Assembly: GCF_001194135.2 (NCBI RefSeq)
Contig: NC_068983.1
Location: 120,189,460 to 120,252,827 of the forward strand
DNA from: Octopus bimaculoides
Lineage: Eukaryota
Direction of reading: 5' to 3'
Length of the DNA: 63,368 nucleotides
A program made the translations under genes and the position numbers. Position 1 is the stretch's first letter. Each line of letters begins with the position of its first letter. Shown one piece after another: positions 11,942-25,349 of this stretch. The notes beneath the pieces were generated by a model. The model saw only the letters and a program-made list of their open reading frames with translations. It searched no databases and was not told where the DNA came from.

Positions 11942-12024
11942 GTAAAGAATACGTACACCACCCATTTTCGGCGTAACAAAAACCCTAACCCTAACCCTAA
12001 ACACCGGGTGTACGTATTCTTTAC
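11942..12024. repeat. 18-bp inverted repeat enclosing (CCCTAA)3
   Basis: GTAAAGAATACGTACACC (11942-59) / GGTGTACGTATTCTTTAC (12007-24). Internal aaccctaaccctaaccctaa. Confidence 0.8.
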
Positions 12025-12993
12025 TTTCGCCAACTGAAGAAAGGGACATAATGCTTCCATTATTTCAATACTTACATCCAATACTTTCCTTAACATTCAG
12101 GAATTTTTCGATGGAGTTTTGGAATAGCTGTCCCACGAAGTCCCATACATCGTAGGGAAGGGAAAGAATATAGAAATGGGGCAAAACTGTAAAAAAAAGG
12201 AACTTTGATGAGCAAATTTTTTTCAGAATATTATTTTGTTATATAAAACNNNNNNNNNNNNNNNNNNNNNNNNNNNNNNNNNNNNNNNNNNNNNNNNNNN
12301 NNNNNNNNNNNNNNNNNNNNNNNNNNNNNNNNNNNNNNNNNNNNNNNNNNNNNNNNNNNNNNNNNNNNNNNNNNNNNNNNNNNNNNNNNNNNNNNNNNNN
12401 NNNNNNNNNNNNNNNNNNNNNNNNNNNNNNNNNNNNNNNNNNNNNNNNNNNNNNNNNNNNNNNNNNNNNNNNNNNNNNNNNNNNNNNNNNNNNNNNNNNN
12501 NNNNNNNNNNNNNNNNNNNNNNNNNNNNNNNNNNNNNNNNNNNNNNNNNNNNNNNNNNNNNNNNNNNNNNNNNNNNNNNNNNNNNNNNNNNNNNNNNNNN
12601 NNNNNNNNNNNNNNNNNNNNNNNNNNNNNNNNNNNNNNNNNNNNNNNNNNNNNNNNNNNNNNNNNNNNNNNNNNNNNNNNNNNNNNNNNNNNNNNNNNNN
12701 NNNNNNNNNNNNNNNNNNNNNNNNNNNNNNNNNNNNNNNNNNNNNNNNNNNNNNNNNNNNNNNNNNNNNNNNNNNNNNNNNNNNNNNNNNNNNNNNNNNN
12801 NNNNNNNNNNNNNNNNNNNNNNNNNNNNNNNNNNNNNNNNNNNNNNNNNNNNNNNNNNNNNNNNNNNNNNNNNNNNNNNNNNNNNNNNNNNNNNNNNNNN
12901 NNNNNNNNNNNNNNNNNNNNNNNNNNNNNNNNNNNNNNNNNNNNNNNNNNNNNNNNNNNNNNNNNNNNNNNNNNNNNNNNNNNNNNNNNNNNN

Positions 12994-13298
12994 GTTTATT
13001 GAGCAAAAACACCTAAAGCTCCACGTGGCTCCTGCAGGGGATGGTGGCGAACCCTGCTGTACTCTTTCACCACAACTTTCTCTCACTCTTACTTCCTGTT
13101 TCTGTTGTGCCTGTAATTCAAAGGGTCAGCCTTGTCACACTGTCATGCTGAATCTCCCCGAGAACTACGTTAAGGGTACACGTGTCTGTGGAGTGCTCAG
13201 CCACTTGCAGGTTAATTTCACGAGCAGGCTGTTCCGTTGATCGGATCAACTGGAACCCTTGACGTTGTAAGCGACAGAGTGCCAACAACAACAACAAC
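12994..13298 (+). mobile_element. Same SINE family, 5' end in gap
   Basis: Body nearly identical to 48001-48295, with an (AAC)n tail. Confidence 0.9.
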
Positions 13299-14662
13299 TG
13301 ATACCTCCACTACATTAACAAAACACTGTTCGGGAACTGACATTCTGTTCTTGCAGGAAAGTCTAGGCATAGTGACTTGAGTGTTGAAGCCATCCCCTGA
13401 CTTTGTTTCTCCTTGACTATCTTAAAAATGCATATTTTTCAGTGAAATTTTCCACAGATATTTTTTATATGGTATTGATTACAGTTGCATGCAAGGGTTG
13501 GGGGAAAGGAAAAAGGTATTCTCCTCACTACAGCCTTTGTTAGTGATGCATATATTTTCAATGAAGTTTTTCAGAGATAACGTTTCCAATGGTGAAAATT
13601 ACGATTTGTTTTCTTCAAATTCTATCAAGATAATGGTAGCCTGCATTTTTGAAAATGGATAATGTATCTCAGGGACATTTCATCTAAAAATCATCATCAT
13701 CGTTTAACGTCCGCTTTCCATGCTAGCATGGGTTGGACGATGGCTACACAAGGCTCCAATCTGATTTGGCAGAGTTTCTACAGCTGGATGCCCTTCCTCA
13801 CACCAACCACTCCGAGAGTGTATTTTAAACAAAATTATGAAGAAACAGAGTTGAGAAGACTCACTTCTGTACAGGAGCGTGCCTCACCTGCTGTGCACTA
13901 GGGGTAGGAGCGGAGTGGTCCTCTTCGGGCTTTTGGGTCTAGTGCCACTGTGGTTACCAAGAAAATATTTTTTCAAATTTTGTCAAGGTACATGCATGGC
14001 TGAGTGGTTAAGAAGTTTGCTGCTTGACCATGTGGTCTTGGGTTCAGTCCTACTGTGTGACATTTTGGGCAAGTATCTTCTACTATAGCACCGAGATGAC
14101 CAAAGTCTGGTAAATGGATTTTATAGACTGAAATTGAACGAAGCCCGTCGAATATACATGTGTACGTGTGTTCGTACATACGTATGTACACTCATAAATA
14201 CATAGGTATGTCTTTGTGTTGTGTTCATTTCCTACCATTGTTGGTTTGTTTACGTCCCCATTACTTATCAGTTTGGCAAAAAAGTTTGATAAAATAAGTA
14301 CTGGGGTCAGTTTGTTTGACCGAACACTTCAAGTTGGTGCTCCAGTATGGCCGTAATCCATCTAAAATAAAATATAAGAATTNNNNNNNNNNCCCCCAAA
14401 TAAAACTCTCTTTTTAGGACCGTCTTAATAAAATTAGACTCCCCTTACATAGATTGACATTGGCCAAGAATCCATGGAGCTACTGGCCAACTGCTCAGTA
14501 TGGCCATATCTTAAGACAGCACAGCCATCCCCCCACCGTAGCAAGCAAGAAAAAAGTAAGTTTGAAGTATCTTACTTTCATACTAACTGAAGAAAATGGC
14601 ACAAAAAGGAGTGTAAAAAAGAAAAATAAACAGGAAAAGAAATCAGTCTATAAACAAATAGG

Positions 14663-15117
14663 CATAGGAGTGGCTGTGTGGTAAGTAGCTTGCTTACCAA
14701 CCACATAGTTCAGGGTTCAGTCCCACTGCGTGACACCTTGGGCAAGTGTCTTCTACTATAGCCTCGGGCCGACCAAAGCNNNNNNNNNNCCCACTGCGTG
14801 ACACCTTGGGCAAGTGTCTTCTACTATAGCCTCGGGCCGACCAAAGCCTTGTGAGTGGATTTGATAGACGGAAACTGAAAGAAGCCTATCGTATATATAT
14901 GTATATATATATATATATGTATGGGTGTGTGTTTATGTTTGTGTTTCTGTGTTTGTCCCCCCAACGTCGCTTGACAACCGATGCTGGTGTGTTTATGTCC
15001 CCGTGACTTAGCGGTTCGGCTTAAGAGACTGATAGAATAAGTCCTGGGCTCGACTAAAGGTGGTGCTCCAGCATGGCCACAGTCAAATGACTGAAACAGG
15101 TAAAAGAGAGTAAAAGA
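14663..15117 (+). mobile_element. Second SINE family copy spanning a 10-N gap
   Basis: Same head and tail as the 39939 copy. 58 bp are duplicated on either side of the gap. Confidence 0.85.
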
Positions 15118-15239
15118 AATAAGTAGGCATGCGCCACTCACTGTATTATATATGTTTGATAATGTGCTAGTGTATATAAGGCAACATGGTTATAGTATAA
15201 TATATTAAGACAGCAGGCTAACAACATCAGTGGAAGAGG

Positions 15240-15490
15240 AAGACGGTGAGCTGGCAGAAACATGAGCTGGCAGAAACATGAGCTGGCAGAAACATGAGCA
15301 TGCTGGGTGAAATGCTTAGCAGTATTTCATGTGTCTTTTAAATTCTGTCTTTCAAATTCTGCCGAGGTCAGCTTTACCTTTCATTCTTTCGGGGTCGATA
15401 AATTAAGTACCAGTTGCGTGCTGGCATCGATCTAATTGACTGGCCCCCTCCCCCAAAATTTCAGGCCTTGTGCCTAGAGTAGGAAAGAAC
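15240..15490 (+). mobile_element. Third SINE family (GGTGAGCTGGCAGAA head), head 16-mer triplicated
   Basis: GAGCTGGCAGAAACAT x3, then TTCAAATTCTGCCGAGG...GGGGTCGATAAATTAAGTACCAG...GGCCTTGTGCC. Other copies at about 19826-20065(-), 21535-21720, 29745-29950(-), 31040-31245, 44690-44870(-), 55660-55865(-) and 61820-61915. Confidence 0.8.
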
Positions 15491-18400
15491 ACGAGTGGGA
15501 GAGGTTAGGGAGATAAAGGAGGGGGGGGGGTGGACCTTTTCTTATCTTCATTGAACTTCTCTTAATTTATTCAGTTACAGTATTTCACCCTCCTACTTTA
15601 CCTTCATAACCTCTCCTACTAAAGGTGTTACCCTGTTGTTCTACTATACTATACATATTTTTAAGTTGTACCTTTTTGACATGTGACTTCTTAGTCTTTG
15701 TTTCTTTGTAGCTTTATTCAACAAGGAACAACTTTGTAACTAGACACTAACTGAAGGCAGCATTTCACAATAAATAATATAATCCAAGTAAGACAAAGAA
15801 ATACTTTAACACATCTTTAAATAATTAGTTACAATTGTTTCTGTACCAACTCTGCTTACAATGACAGTTTATGCAAAAATTCTAAGCATCTAGGAACTTA
15901 AGCCAAGAAGTGTAGAGCAGGTGTGCCCTTTAAGACAAGCCTATGCAAATGAAATTATGATAGATCTGAGATGGTGTGTTGGAACTGAAATAATTATGCT
16001 TTGATAGAAGTATGATAGTAATTCAAAGCAACAAATATATTATTATATTCCCTTTTGTTTAATTGTAATTGTATTGTTTATTTATAATTGTAACTGTTTC
16101 ATTGCTCTCTGCTAGTCCCAAACCTGTGTGTTCCACCCACATGTCCTGTTTCACTGTATTATTGCTATCTGCTAGCCCCTAACCCATGTATTCTACCCAC
16201 ATGTAACAAGAAAACGTTTTACTCACCCTATCCCAACAAACCAATCTACATCTCCACATCTCTTCTCTTCCTCACATTTCCTCCTTCATACACTATGCCT
16301 TGCTCTCACTCCCCCATCCTGTCCTCATGGCTCTGTTCCTCTTAATTATGTTTATCCGGTAGCCCTCTGACTATATATACCAAGGTTTTTGCCACTCACT
16401 TCTCTCTCTGCACCCTTTAATCACACTTCCTTTGCAATATTCTGCCATTTATATTATGGTGTTTGAACCTCAAGGGTATGCCCTGGCACTTGCCACCATC
16501 TACACCATCTACATCTCTCTCTTCCTTTACTCAACCATCCCATTTATATTCTGATCCCCACCCTTGTGAGTATGCCTGGCATTTTGCCACCATCTCTATC
16601 CTACTGTCTCCCACTTTGTCTCTTCTCTTGGGTAACCATGTATTTCCTTTGCAGTAGCGTACCTGTTTCTGTTTCCATTCCTGATCTCTCTCTCTCTCTG
16701 GCTGGGTATCCTTGTACTTCCTCTACAGTAAGATACCTGTTTCTGTCTCTCTGTCTCACTATAAACTTTCATCATCTGACACAAGATCACCTCCTCCAAT
16801 GCCTCCTCTTCTCTTGAAAGCTTTTTTTTTGCCTTGTAAGTACTTGGTTACCCTGTCAGTGGAGGTGCCACTTAAAAGTGCCCAGTCTTCACTGTAAAGT
16901 GGTTGGTATTTGGAAGGGCATCTAAATGTAAAAACCTTTCCAAAACTGACCTTGCCTGTGCTTGTGCCATGTAAAAAGCACTGAGTCCACTCTGCTGAGT
17001 GGTTGGTGTTAGGAAGGGCATCCAGCTGTAAAAATCCTGCCAAAACAGTCACAGAAGCCTGGTGCAGGCATGTTGACCTTTGTGGGTTTGCGCTTGGAAC
17101 TAAATATTACAAGGTGTTTTCATCTGATGCTCTAACAAACCTATAAATCATTGAATATCAACATATTTCATCATACATTTTATGACACAATCCCTGAGAA
17201 AAGCATGTAAGGGAGAACAACTTAGTGGAAATTTTATATCTCAGTCCACTTTTTTAAAGCATATATTGTTGATCGTAAAACAATGACCTTTTATTTAATT
17301 ATTTGATTAATTTTATCTTAATGATATAAACAATGAATATTATTAGTAAACAAAACTATTTGCATTTTGTCCATATGTATGCTCCCAAATAGCAATGAAA
17401 TAATACAAAGTGTCCATCCACATTTTTTATATTTTTGACTTATTTATGTTTGCATAGCTCACAAAACTAAGTTGACAATTGACAGTTCTATGTATAAAGC
17501 TATTGACTTGTAAATTCTACATTTCATGACAATAGACACCAAATGAAAATATTCTCCAATTATTACTATGCAAAATCCCACTGTCCCCTGACTATTCATC
17601 CAATATGATGTTTGCACTTTGCAAATAGAGATTCATCAGTCTTAGCATGTTCACTGCCTAATTTAATTTGATTGACAAATAAATATAGCCATTCAATCTC
17701 AATCTACTTTGATGACCAATCCACTTTTGCTCATTAATTTCCTTTAACCTTTATGTGTGTGTGTCAATGGTGGTGGGAGATAAGAGCCTTTGTTTCTAAG
17801 TAACCTTTTGTTATTTAAGTAACCTTGGATCAGACCTGACTAAAGGTGTGCTAATGAAGTATCTTACTCATTTATTCAGACATAGCATATTTATGACTCC
17901 ATTGACTAATGTATCCTCCCCTTTTTAAGATTTGAGGGAGCTTTGGCTTTATTTTTTAACAAGACAATTGACTGTGTAGAAGCTCCTCATGTCAGCTTAT
18001 GTATGTAATTGTTCAATTATATAATTAGTAAAGATGTCAGTCCATATGGGGAAAACATAACTAACACAATATTCTGTCTTTCTTCATGTATATCCATCCA
18101 GATCAGGTGACTTTCCTGGACCAGTGTAACTGCTCCATGCCAAATGTCCTGATCGAGTGATGAGGCATGCATGTCTGGTCTGGGTTTTAGTTACATTGGT
18201 CTTTCACCAGCTGAAATATCTCATCTGGGCATAACACAAATATATGATAGCAGTAGGTCGCTAGCTGAACTGGCTGATACTGGCTGTTGTCATTTTGTTG
18301 TCCATTTGTTTGCTCAGCATCTAGTGATATTTGCCATTGACTCAATAAGTCCATCTTCTGAAATACTTTACATCTACCATGCTGCATCCCATGATTTCAA

Positions 18401-21400
18401 CATTACCTGGCTCAAGTGGTTACATGCTATTTAATCCATAGATGGGACCCTGACTAGTGATTCTACTCATGGTCAGTGTAAACCTGGGAACAATAGTGGC
18501 TAAGATGTGGTTCCACACCCTTCAAATCCCTGGAACGCCCAAACCAGAGCCCCACTACTGGATGCTGTTTTAAGTCATGTATGAGTAAGAACTAATTATT
18601 GCTTTCTTAATATTGGTAAGAGGCCAAATAGTTTCTATTTCTAGTCCTATATCAGTAATATTCGATTGTCAGATCAATTGACAGATTCTATCTCTTCAAG
18701 AAAATCTCTTAAGATATTGTATTTAACTTAACCTTTTGTCTCATTTGTATAAGTCAAACTTATGTTACTACAAATTTAAAATAGTCATATGATCTTTAAT
18801 CAGCATTAAAAAAATAAATAAATCATTATATCTCCCATTCATCAACCTTGATGTAATAAACGAAATGATGATTATTATTAGCAGAGGTCGACATTTACCT
18901 CTTTAACTGAGTCCTCATCAACTTGAGTATTGGGGATCAATCAACTATCCCCCCCCCAAAAAAAAATTGCTGGCCTTGTTCCAAAATTTATTATAAAATT
19001 ATAAAATTATCACCTTGATAAATAAAGAAAAGGTTTTTTTTTTTTTTTACTTCTGATAAGCTCATTTCATCTGTTCAATATCTACCTTCCTTTCCGTAAC
19101 AAATTCTGTTTTATCTGTTTAATTTGAGGAACATTAACACCTAATCATTTAATCTGCTTTTTGACTTTAATACATATCAAATAAAAAACAAAAAAACAAA
19201 AGACCTTCCATTACACATATATTATTCTTTTAGTTGAATAGACCTTATTGCTCACTATCTCTTCCTTCTCTCTCTCTCTCTCTCTCACCTAGCAACAGTC
19301 TCCTACCTTTAAAACTAAAAGTCCACTAATATATCCTTTTTTTTTGTATATATAATTAGGCTTCTGTCTTTTGATTTCATAACTGATTAGAATTTAATAC
19401 TAACATTCACCCACCACCAAGTAATAAATCAAGGGTTGATAACTGGAGGAAACAATTTTAGATAGAAGCCTCTGAAAAGAACCATTTGAAAAGGTACATC
19501 AATTTATGTAAAAATCTTCCAAAATAGCATCAGTATGCCATTAACTTAGCATGAATACATTATCAATACTATATGAACACACAGTTAATATTACCATCAA
19601 CTCACCATCAACATATCATAAACATACCACTGAGCTGGTCATGAATAGAGGAACAAAGGCTATTATAACATGTTATAAGAGAGAAACATAAAATAGCTAT
19701 ACAGTGGTACAGTAGTTGTTGGCTCTTTGCTGGGGCCAGTTGTTTGCTTGTTTGTATGGTTATATTTTCAAGCAATGAATCCGATGTTAGTGTTACAGCA
19801 CCAGATTGATTTCTTGCTTCACAGAGGTATATTTATTTCTTTATTGCCCACAGGGGGCTAAACATAGAGGGGACAAACAAGGACAGACAAAGGGTTTAAG
19901 TCGATTACATCGACCCCAGCAAGTAACTGGTACTCATTTAATCGACCCTGAAAGGATGAAAGGCAAAGTCAACCTCGGCGGAGTTTGAACTCAGAATGTA
20001 ACACTAGACGAAATATCGCTAAGCATTTCACCCAGCATTCTAACGATTCTGCCAGCTCACCGCTTCCTATTTATATTATAAATGTAAAGAGACAATGTGA
20101 ACCAGCTGAATATTTCATCTGGTTAATTAATTTTTTTATATTTATGGTTGGAAGTTGTCATAAATTTAAGTAGCCTGGATTTCATATTTACTCTTTTGCT
20201 GTGGAAATTAGATATATCCACTCAAAATTTCATTATCCTAACTATGAAAAGCAGTTAAGAGTTATGAAATTTTAAGTGGATATATCTGATTTCCACAGTA
20301 AGTCAGATACATCCAGTCTATTTTTTGAGGAATGTCATGTTCAAAACTACTTTTGTTCAGATATGTCAAGTTTATTGAAGTAATGTGACTTGCAGAAGAT
20401 ACTAGTTCCATTTTTTTGGTTGATACTTGACATCATTACTGGAATAAGCACAAAATTTAATTTCTCATTTACAGGGTGAAACTCTTTAAAAAACTGTTAT
20501 TGTTGTGTAGTTTGCACTTTGCCATTCTTTTGATTTATCTTCTTAAATATTATCTAAATCAGTCTCATTGAGTATAATAATTTCCTGGCTTTATTATTTG
20601 ACATCTTGGGACCTTGAAAGTTCAGTTAACTTCTTCATGTACTTTATGAAACATTCAGTTTTGCTGCTGCAACTCAAGTTACTGTTTAGCCCTTTAGCAT
20701 TCAGTTTTCTCTGTCAAATTTAATGCTTATTTATTCATAATGTTTTGAATTAGTCAAATATCTTGTAGCTTTGAAATTTCAATGATGTGATTGATTATTT
20801 TTAGAATGACATTGTAGGGTAGGCGTGAGGAGCCTGATCTGGTCAGTTCAAACACATATCTTGCTCTTTTCATCCCATTTAACACTGAAAACATGAGCAA
20901 TTTTCACCGCGTAGCAGTGATGGGCCTTAGCATATGCAATTAGCTAATTTCAATTCTCTGAAGACATAAAATATAAGGAACACAGTTTTTCACGAAATAT
21001 TTGAAATGTTTCAAACCTGCAGTCTCTTTTACAGCATCACCTAGACTTATGTTCAAACCTGTCCCTGACACAGTGCCAGTTTTGTAATGTTTGAATTCTT
21101 TTCTAGTATTACCAATGCTCCAACAATTACAAGTGATATCACATTTTCTTTTGGGTTCTTCACTGAACAATCACCACTTCCTATTTATAGATTTTGAATT
21201 TACACCAAGTTCTAAATGTTCTAAGTCAAAGTAGAATGATATAGAGTGGGAAGACTCACTAACTGTTGTTCACAAGTAGACCATTGGAGAATTTTGCCTT
21301 TAAATAATAGTGGTTTCATCAGTCATAATAGACATTTTATATTGTTTGGTAATTATATCTTTCACTAGTGTTTTCACATTTGATTCCCTCTGTCATGTGC

Positions 21401-24077
21401 AATATATGCATATCTCTTACAAGGGTGTGCAACATATCCTAAATTATGACCATCCTTGTCTTTCATTTCAATATCATAAGACATATCTGTATATGGCCTA
21501 TCTTTCTGTACAATATTATATTCAGTTCTAAAGGCAGTGAGCTGGTAGACTTGTTAACACATTGAATAAAATACTTAATGGCGTTTCTTCTTCTTCTTTA
21601 TGTTCTAAGTTCAAATCCTGAAGTCATCTTTGCCTTTCATAAAATAAAGGATTAGTCAATAAAGTGTTGGAGTCGATATCATTGACTTGCTCACTCTGCT
21701 AAAATTGTTGGCATTTTGCCAATACAATTCCCAAAACTTGACCTGATTTTGCTTTGTCATTTATCAATGACACACTGTTTTTCAAAGCAGCATTAGAAAA
21801 AAAGAATCCATAAAAACGAACAGTGCAAAATCACGATGTCTAGAAAAAATATTCTTTGGTAACCTCCTAGTAAAATAATACTAGCTGCATTTTGACGTGC
21901 TGAAAAGTTTTTGTTATATTGAAGGAGTGTCAAACAATTAAAAGAATATTGTTCACAGTTTTAGCAGTAAGAATGTTTGTCAAGTACTCACATGTGCCAT
22001 TGAAAGATTTTCTCTCAAATTCTTTCAAGGCCATATTAGATAACTCTTCTGGTGTATGCATGTGTCTTTTATCTTTTACTTGTTTCAGTCATTAGACTGC
22101 AGCCATGCTGGGGCACTGCCTTGAAGAATTTTTAGCTAAATGAATCAACCTCAGTACTTCTTTTTCTTTTTCTTTTTAAACCTGGTACTTAATCTATCAG
22201 TCATTTTTGCTGAACTGCTAAGTTATGGGGATACAGATATACCAACACTAGGTGTCAAGCAGTGGTGGGGGACAAATACAGACACAAACACATGATGGGC
22301 TTCTTTCAGTTTCTGCCTACTAAATCCACTCACAAGGCTTTGGTTGGCCCAAGGCTACAGTAGAAGACACTTGCTCAAGGTGTCACACAATGGGACTTAA
22401 CCCTAGGACCACATGGTTAGGAATTAAGCTTCTTACCACACAGCCACACCTATGCATATGTGTCTTTGTGTTTGTCCCTCCTTCTACAGCTTGACAACCA
22501 GTGTTGGTTTGTTTATGTTGCTGTAATCCAGCAATTTCACTAAAAGTGACTGATTGAATAAGACTTAAAAATATAAGTACTGGAGTCAATTTGTTTGACT
22601 TAATCCTTCAAAGCAGTGCTCCAGCATGGCCTCAATCCAATGATTGAAACAAGTAAAAGAAAAAAAACCATTCATCTAATTCACTTGTTTATTGGCATGG
22701 AAGAAAATGAGCAACAAGAGAATCAAGGAGGAAGAGTGAGAGAGAGGGACTCTCCCCTTCACCGTTCCCTCCCTCCCTCTCTCTCTCTCACTTTTCCTCC
22801 TTGACTCTCTTGTTGCTCACATGTGACCAACAGCCATCCATCTTTCTTTCTTCTACTTCCTTCCTAAAGACAAGATGTGCTTTTACCTGTCTCTTCTCAA
22901 AGCTTATTTTTCTAGCACTCACCACTTCACATTGTCTTGGCTTAATGGCCCTCACTGTTCGTTTTTACTATTTTGTTCTCACTGTCTTGTTTTGTCTACG
23001 TTTTTTTTGATGTCCTGTACCCATGTATGCATGTATATGTACATATATATGTAGGTATGTACATATATGTATGTATATATGCATATATTTATATGTTATA
23101 TATATATATAATGTATGTAAGCAAACACACGATTACACAACATATACATGCAACTGTGTGCATATATGTATATGAATATAAAGAGTTGCATATAAATACT
23201 CATGCATGTTTCAAAACACTTCTGCTTCAAATCCAATCAGAATGCTGAAGCCATGCTTACTGTTAAACTATAAATGAAGATCTGTTATGTTTTATTATCA
23301 TAATAAAATAAAAATAAAATAAGCATACATTATTATTATAGTTAAACAAATATATTTTTATTGATAGAAACTTGACAAAGGATATCTTGTAACATATATC
23401 TCTATCAGTAGATACTGAACTTAAAAAATATACCCTAGAAATTGAGAAGTAGTTATATGTTATACTCTGCTTGCCCCTTTGTTTCTATCATTGTGTATAC
23501 AACCAGGTGTAAGACACCTGATGATGATCAGAGATTAAAATAGAGTGAAGTGTATAGATGTAAATATTCAGTAATGTTTCATTTCTGCAGATTTAGACAT
23601 TTTCAGCCTAAACTTTTTTGTGTTTCTATGGCAAGATAAATATGGTTTATAATCATCATTGTTCTCAATCTACAACAACTCCAGTGTCTATTATGTGTCT
23701 GTTCTTTGGTTACACTTCACTTGTGCAGCTGTGAAAGGCAGTGAAACTTGTTACAGCCTATAAACAGACAGGATGTAACAGCTTAATCAGAAATCTGCAT
23801 AGACAAACATGGGCAAAAGCTACAACTGTTACTTATCAGAATCCTTAATTTAAACTAGACACTTAGGAAATCTACATTTCCATCTCAAACATCATTACAG
23901 GTATTTATAAGTATTTAAGTTTATTTCAAAGTTCATGGTTATTTACTTTATAGAAGATGAAGTAGTTTAATTCAGTCTTTGTTGTATATTTCCAAGTCAG
24001 TTTTAATTAAGCAGATTTATGATTAATGGTGTTCCAGTCACAGTCATCCTGTCCTTATCTGGGACTGTTATCTAATG

Positions 24078-24327
24078 CAGGGGTTTTCAAACTGTGGTCC
24101 GCGGACCACAGGGGTTCACAAGGACAAGACAGGGGGTCCGTGGACAGCAAATACTTTTTATGGGCAATTTGATTTTGGATATGTTTTTTAATCAAAATCT
24201 TTTAATTGACAATAAACCTATTTGTTAAATACTGTTAAATAAATAAATGTAAAAATATATGTTATTTTAAGCAAATATTTATGTATAAATAAAGGGGTCC
24301 GCAAGTCAAAAAGTTTGAAAACCCCTG
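24078..24327. mobile_element. hAT MITE, same family as 2982-3260, in GDE1 intron 1
   Basis: Same 16-bp TIR. Perfect 8-bp TSD ATCTAATG (24070-77, 24328-35). Internal sequence nearly identical apart from indels. Confidence 0.95.
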
Positions 24328-25173
24328 ATCTAATGTATCCTTCCTTTCTGAAATACGTAAATCTCAAACTAACCTGATTATATATTTCAGAGTTGTACCT
24401 TCATGTCATGTAACTTGGTTGTTATTTGGAGTGAGGCAAATGACCTGTTATTGTTAACACAATGATAAGCACTATTGAATACAGTTAATTAGTAAAAACT
24501 GACAAGATTAGTGTTGGGTTTTGCCAGCAAAAATCCAGTCAATGATATTAATCAAATAAGTCAAATTTGCAAACAGTCAACTGGAGAGGTTTAATAACTA
24601 AAATTTGTGTATTATTTCAACTATCAGTAATAAAGGCAATGAGCCAGTTAAGAAAGCTTCATGTGGTTCCTTAATCTGCTAGAATAAGCAACTAAATCAC
24701 TCTCAAATCACACCTAACCATTTTAAGAATGACACATTGAACTCTCCCCTCATTTTCAATGTATGAGTATCCAATTGTTTGATTTACTACACAACCTGTT
24801 GATTGAACAAAGGTGTAATGTTGTAACGTATTCCACAGACATGTGTATACCTTAGTATGATTCTCAGGTAGAAAACAGTTTAATATGTTGGTCTCAAAAT
24901 GTTTCTACTGTAGTAAATGTGTTTTGGGTCCTAAACAACCATACAATTTTTGTTGTATGATTGAAACTTGTATGGTTATACTGTATGTGTTTGTGTGTGG
25001 GGGGGTGTTTGGGTAGGTTGTATCTAACAAGTAGCCATAAAGAGTATCAGAGTGTAAAATTTTTGATAATATGGGCAGTCTGAGATTTGATATTAAAATA
25101 TCCAGTAGAGTACGATAAAAGAATTATGTTTGTACCAAAATATTTAGTCTCTAAATTAAATTTTCTTTTCTAG

Positions 25174-25349
25174 GCTAAGAAAAATGGTGCAGTTGCTGTA
25201 GAATTTGACCTTGAATTTACTGGAGACTGTTATCCTATTGTTATGCATGATGATACCCTTGATCGCACCACAAATGGAACAGGTTTTGTACGTGACCACA
25301 CCCTCGAAGAAATTCTTGACTTGAATGCTGCAGCTAAACATGAACACAG
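25174..25349 (+). CDS. GDE1: GDE1-like exon 2 (176 nt)
   Basis: Acceptor ttttcttttctag. Reads AKKNGAVAVEFDLEFTGDCYPIVMHDDTLDRTTNGTG...AAAKHEH(R), with the E-x-D and HD catalytic motifs. Donor GT at 25350, phase 2. Confidence 0.95.

Noticed and set aside
3268-13240. Long ORFs containing X runs (also at 31.4, 46.5, 56.2 and 57.7 kb)
   Set aside because: Artefacts of N-gaps and flanking microsatellites.
14722-14847. 58-bp exact direct repeat
   Set aside because: It flanks a 10-N gap, typical of an unmerged contig overlap.
23518-23560. CTGATGA with ACAC/GTGT pairing
   Set aside because: GAA is followed directly by stem I, with no stem III or cleavage triplet.
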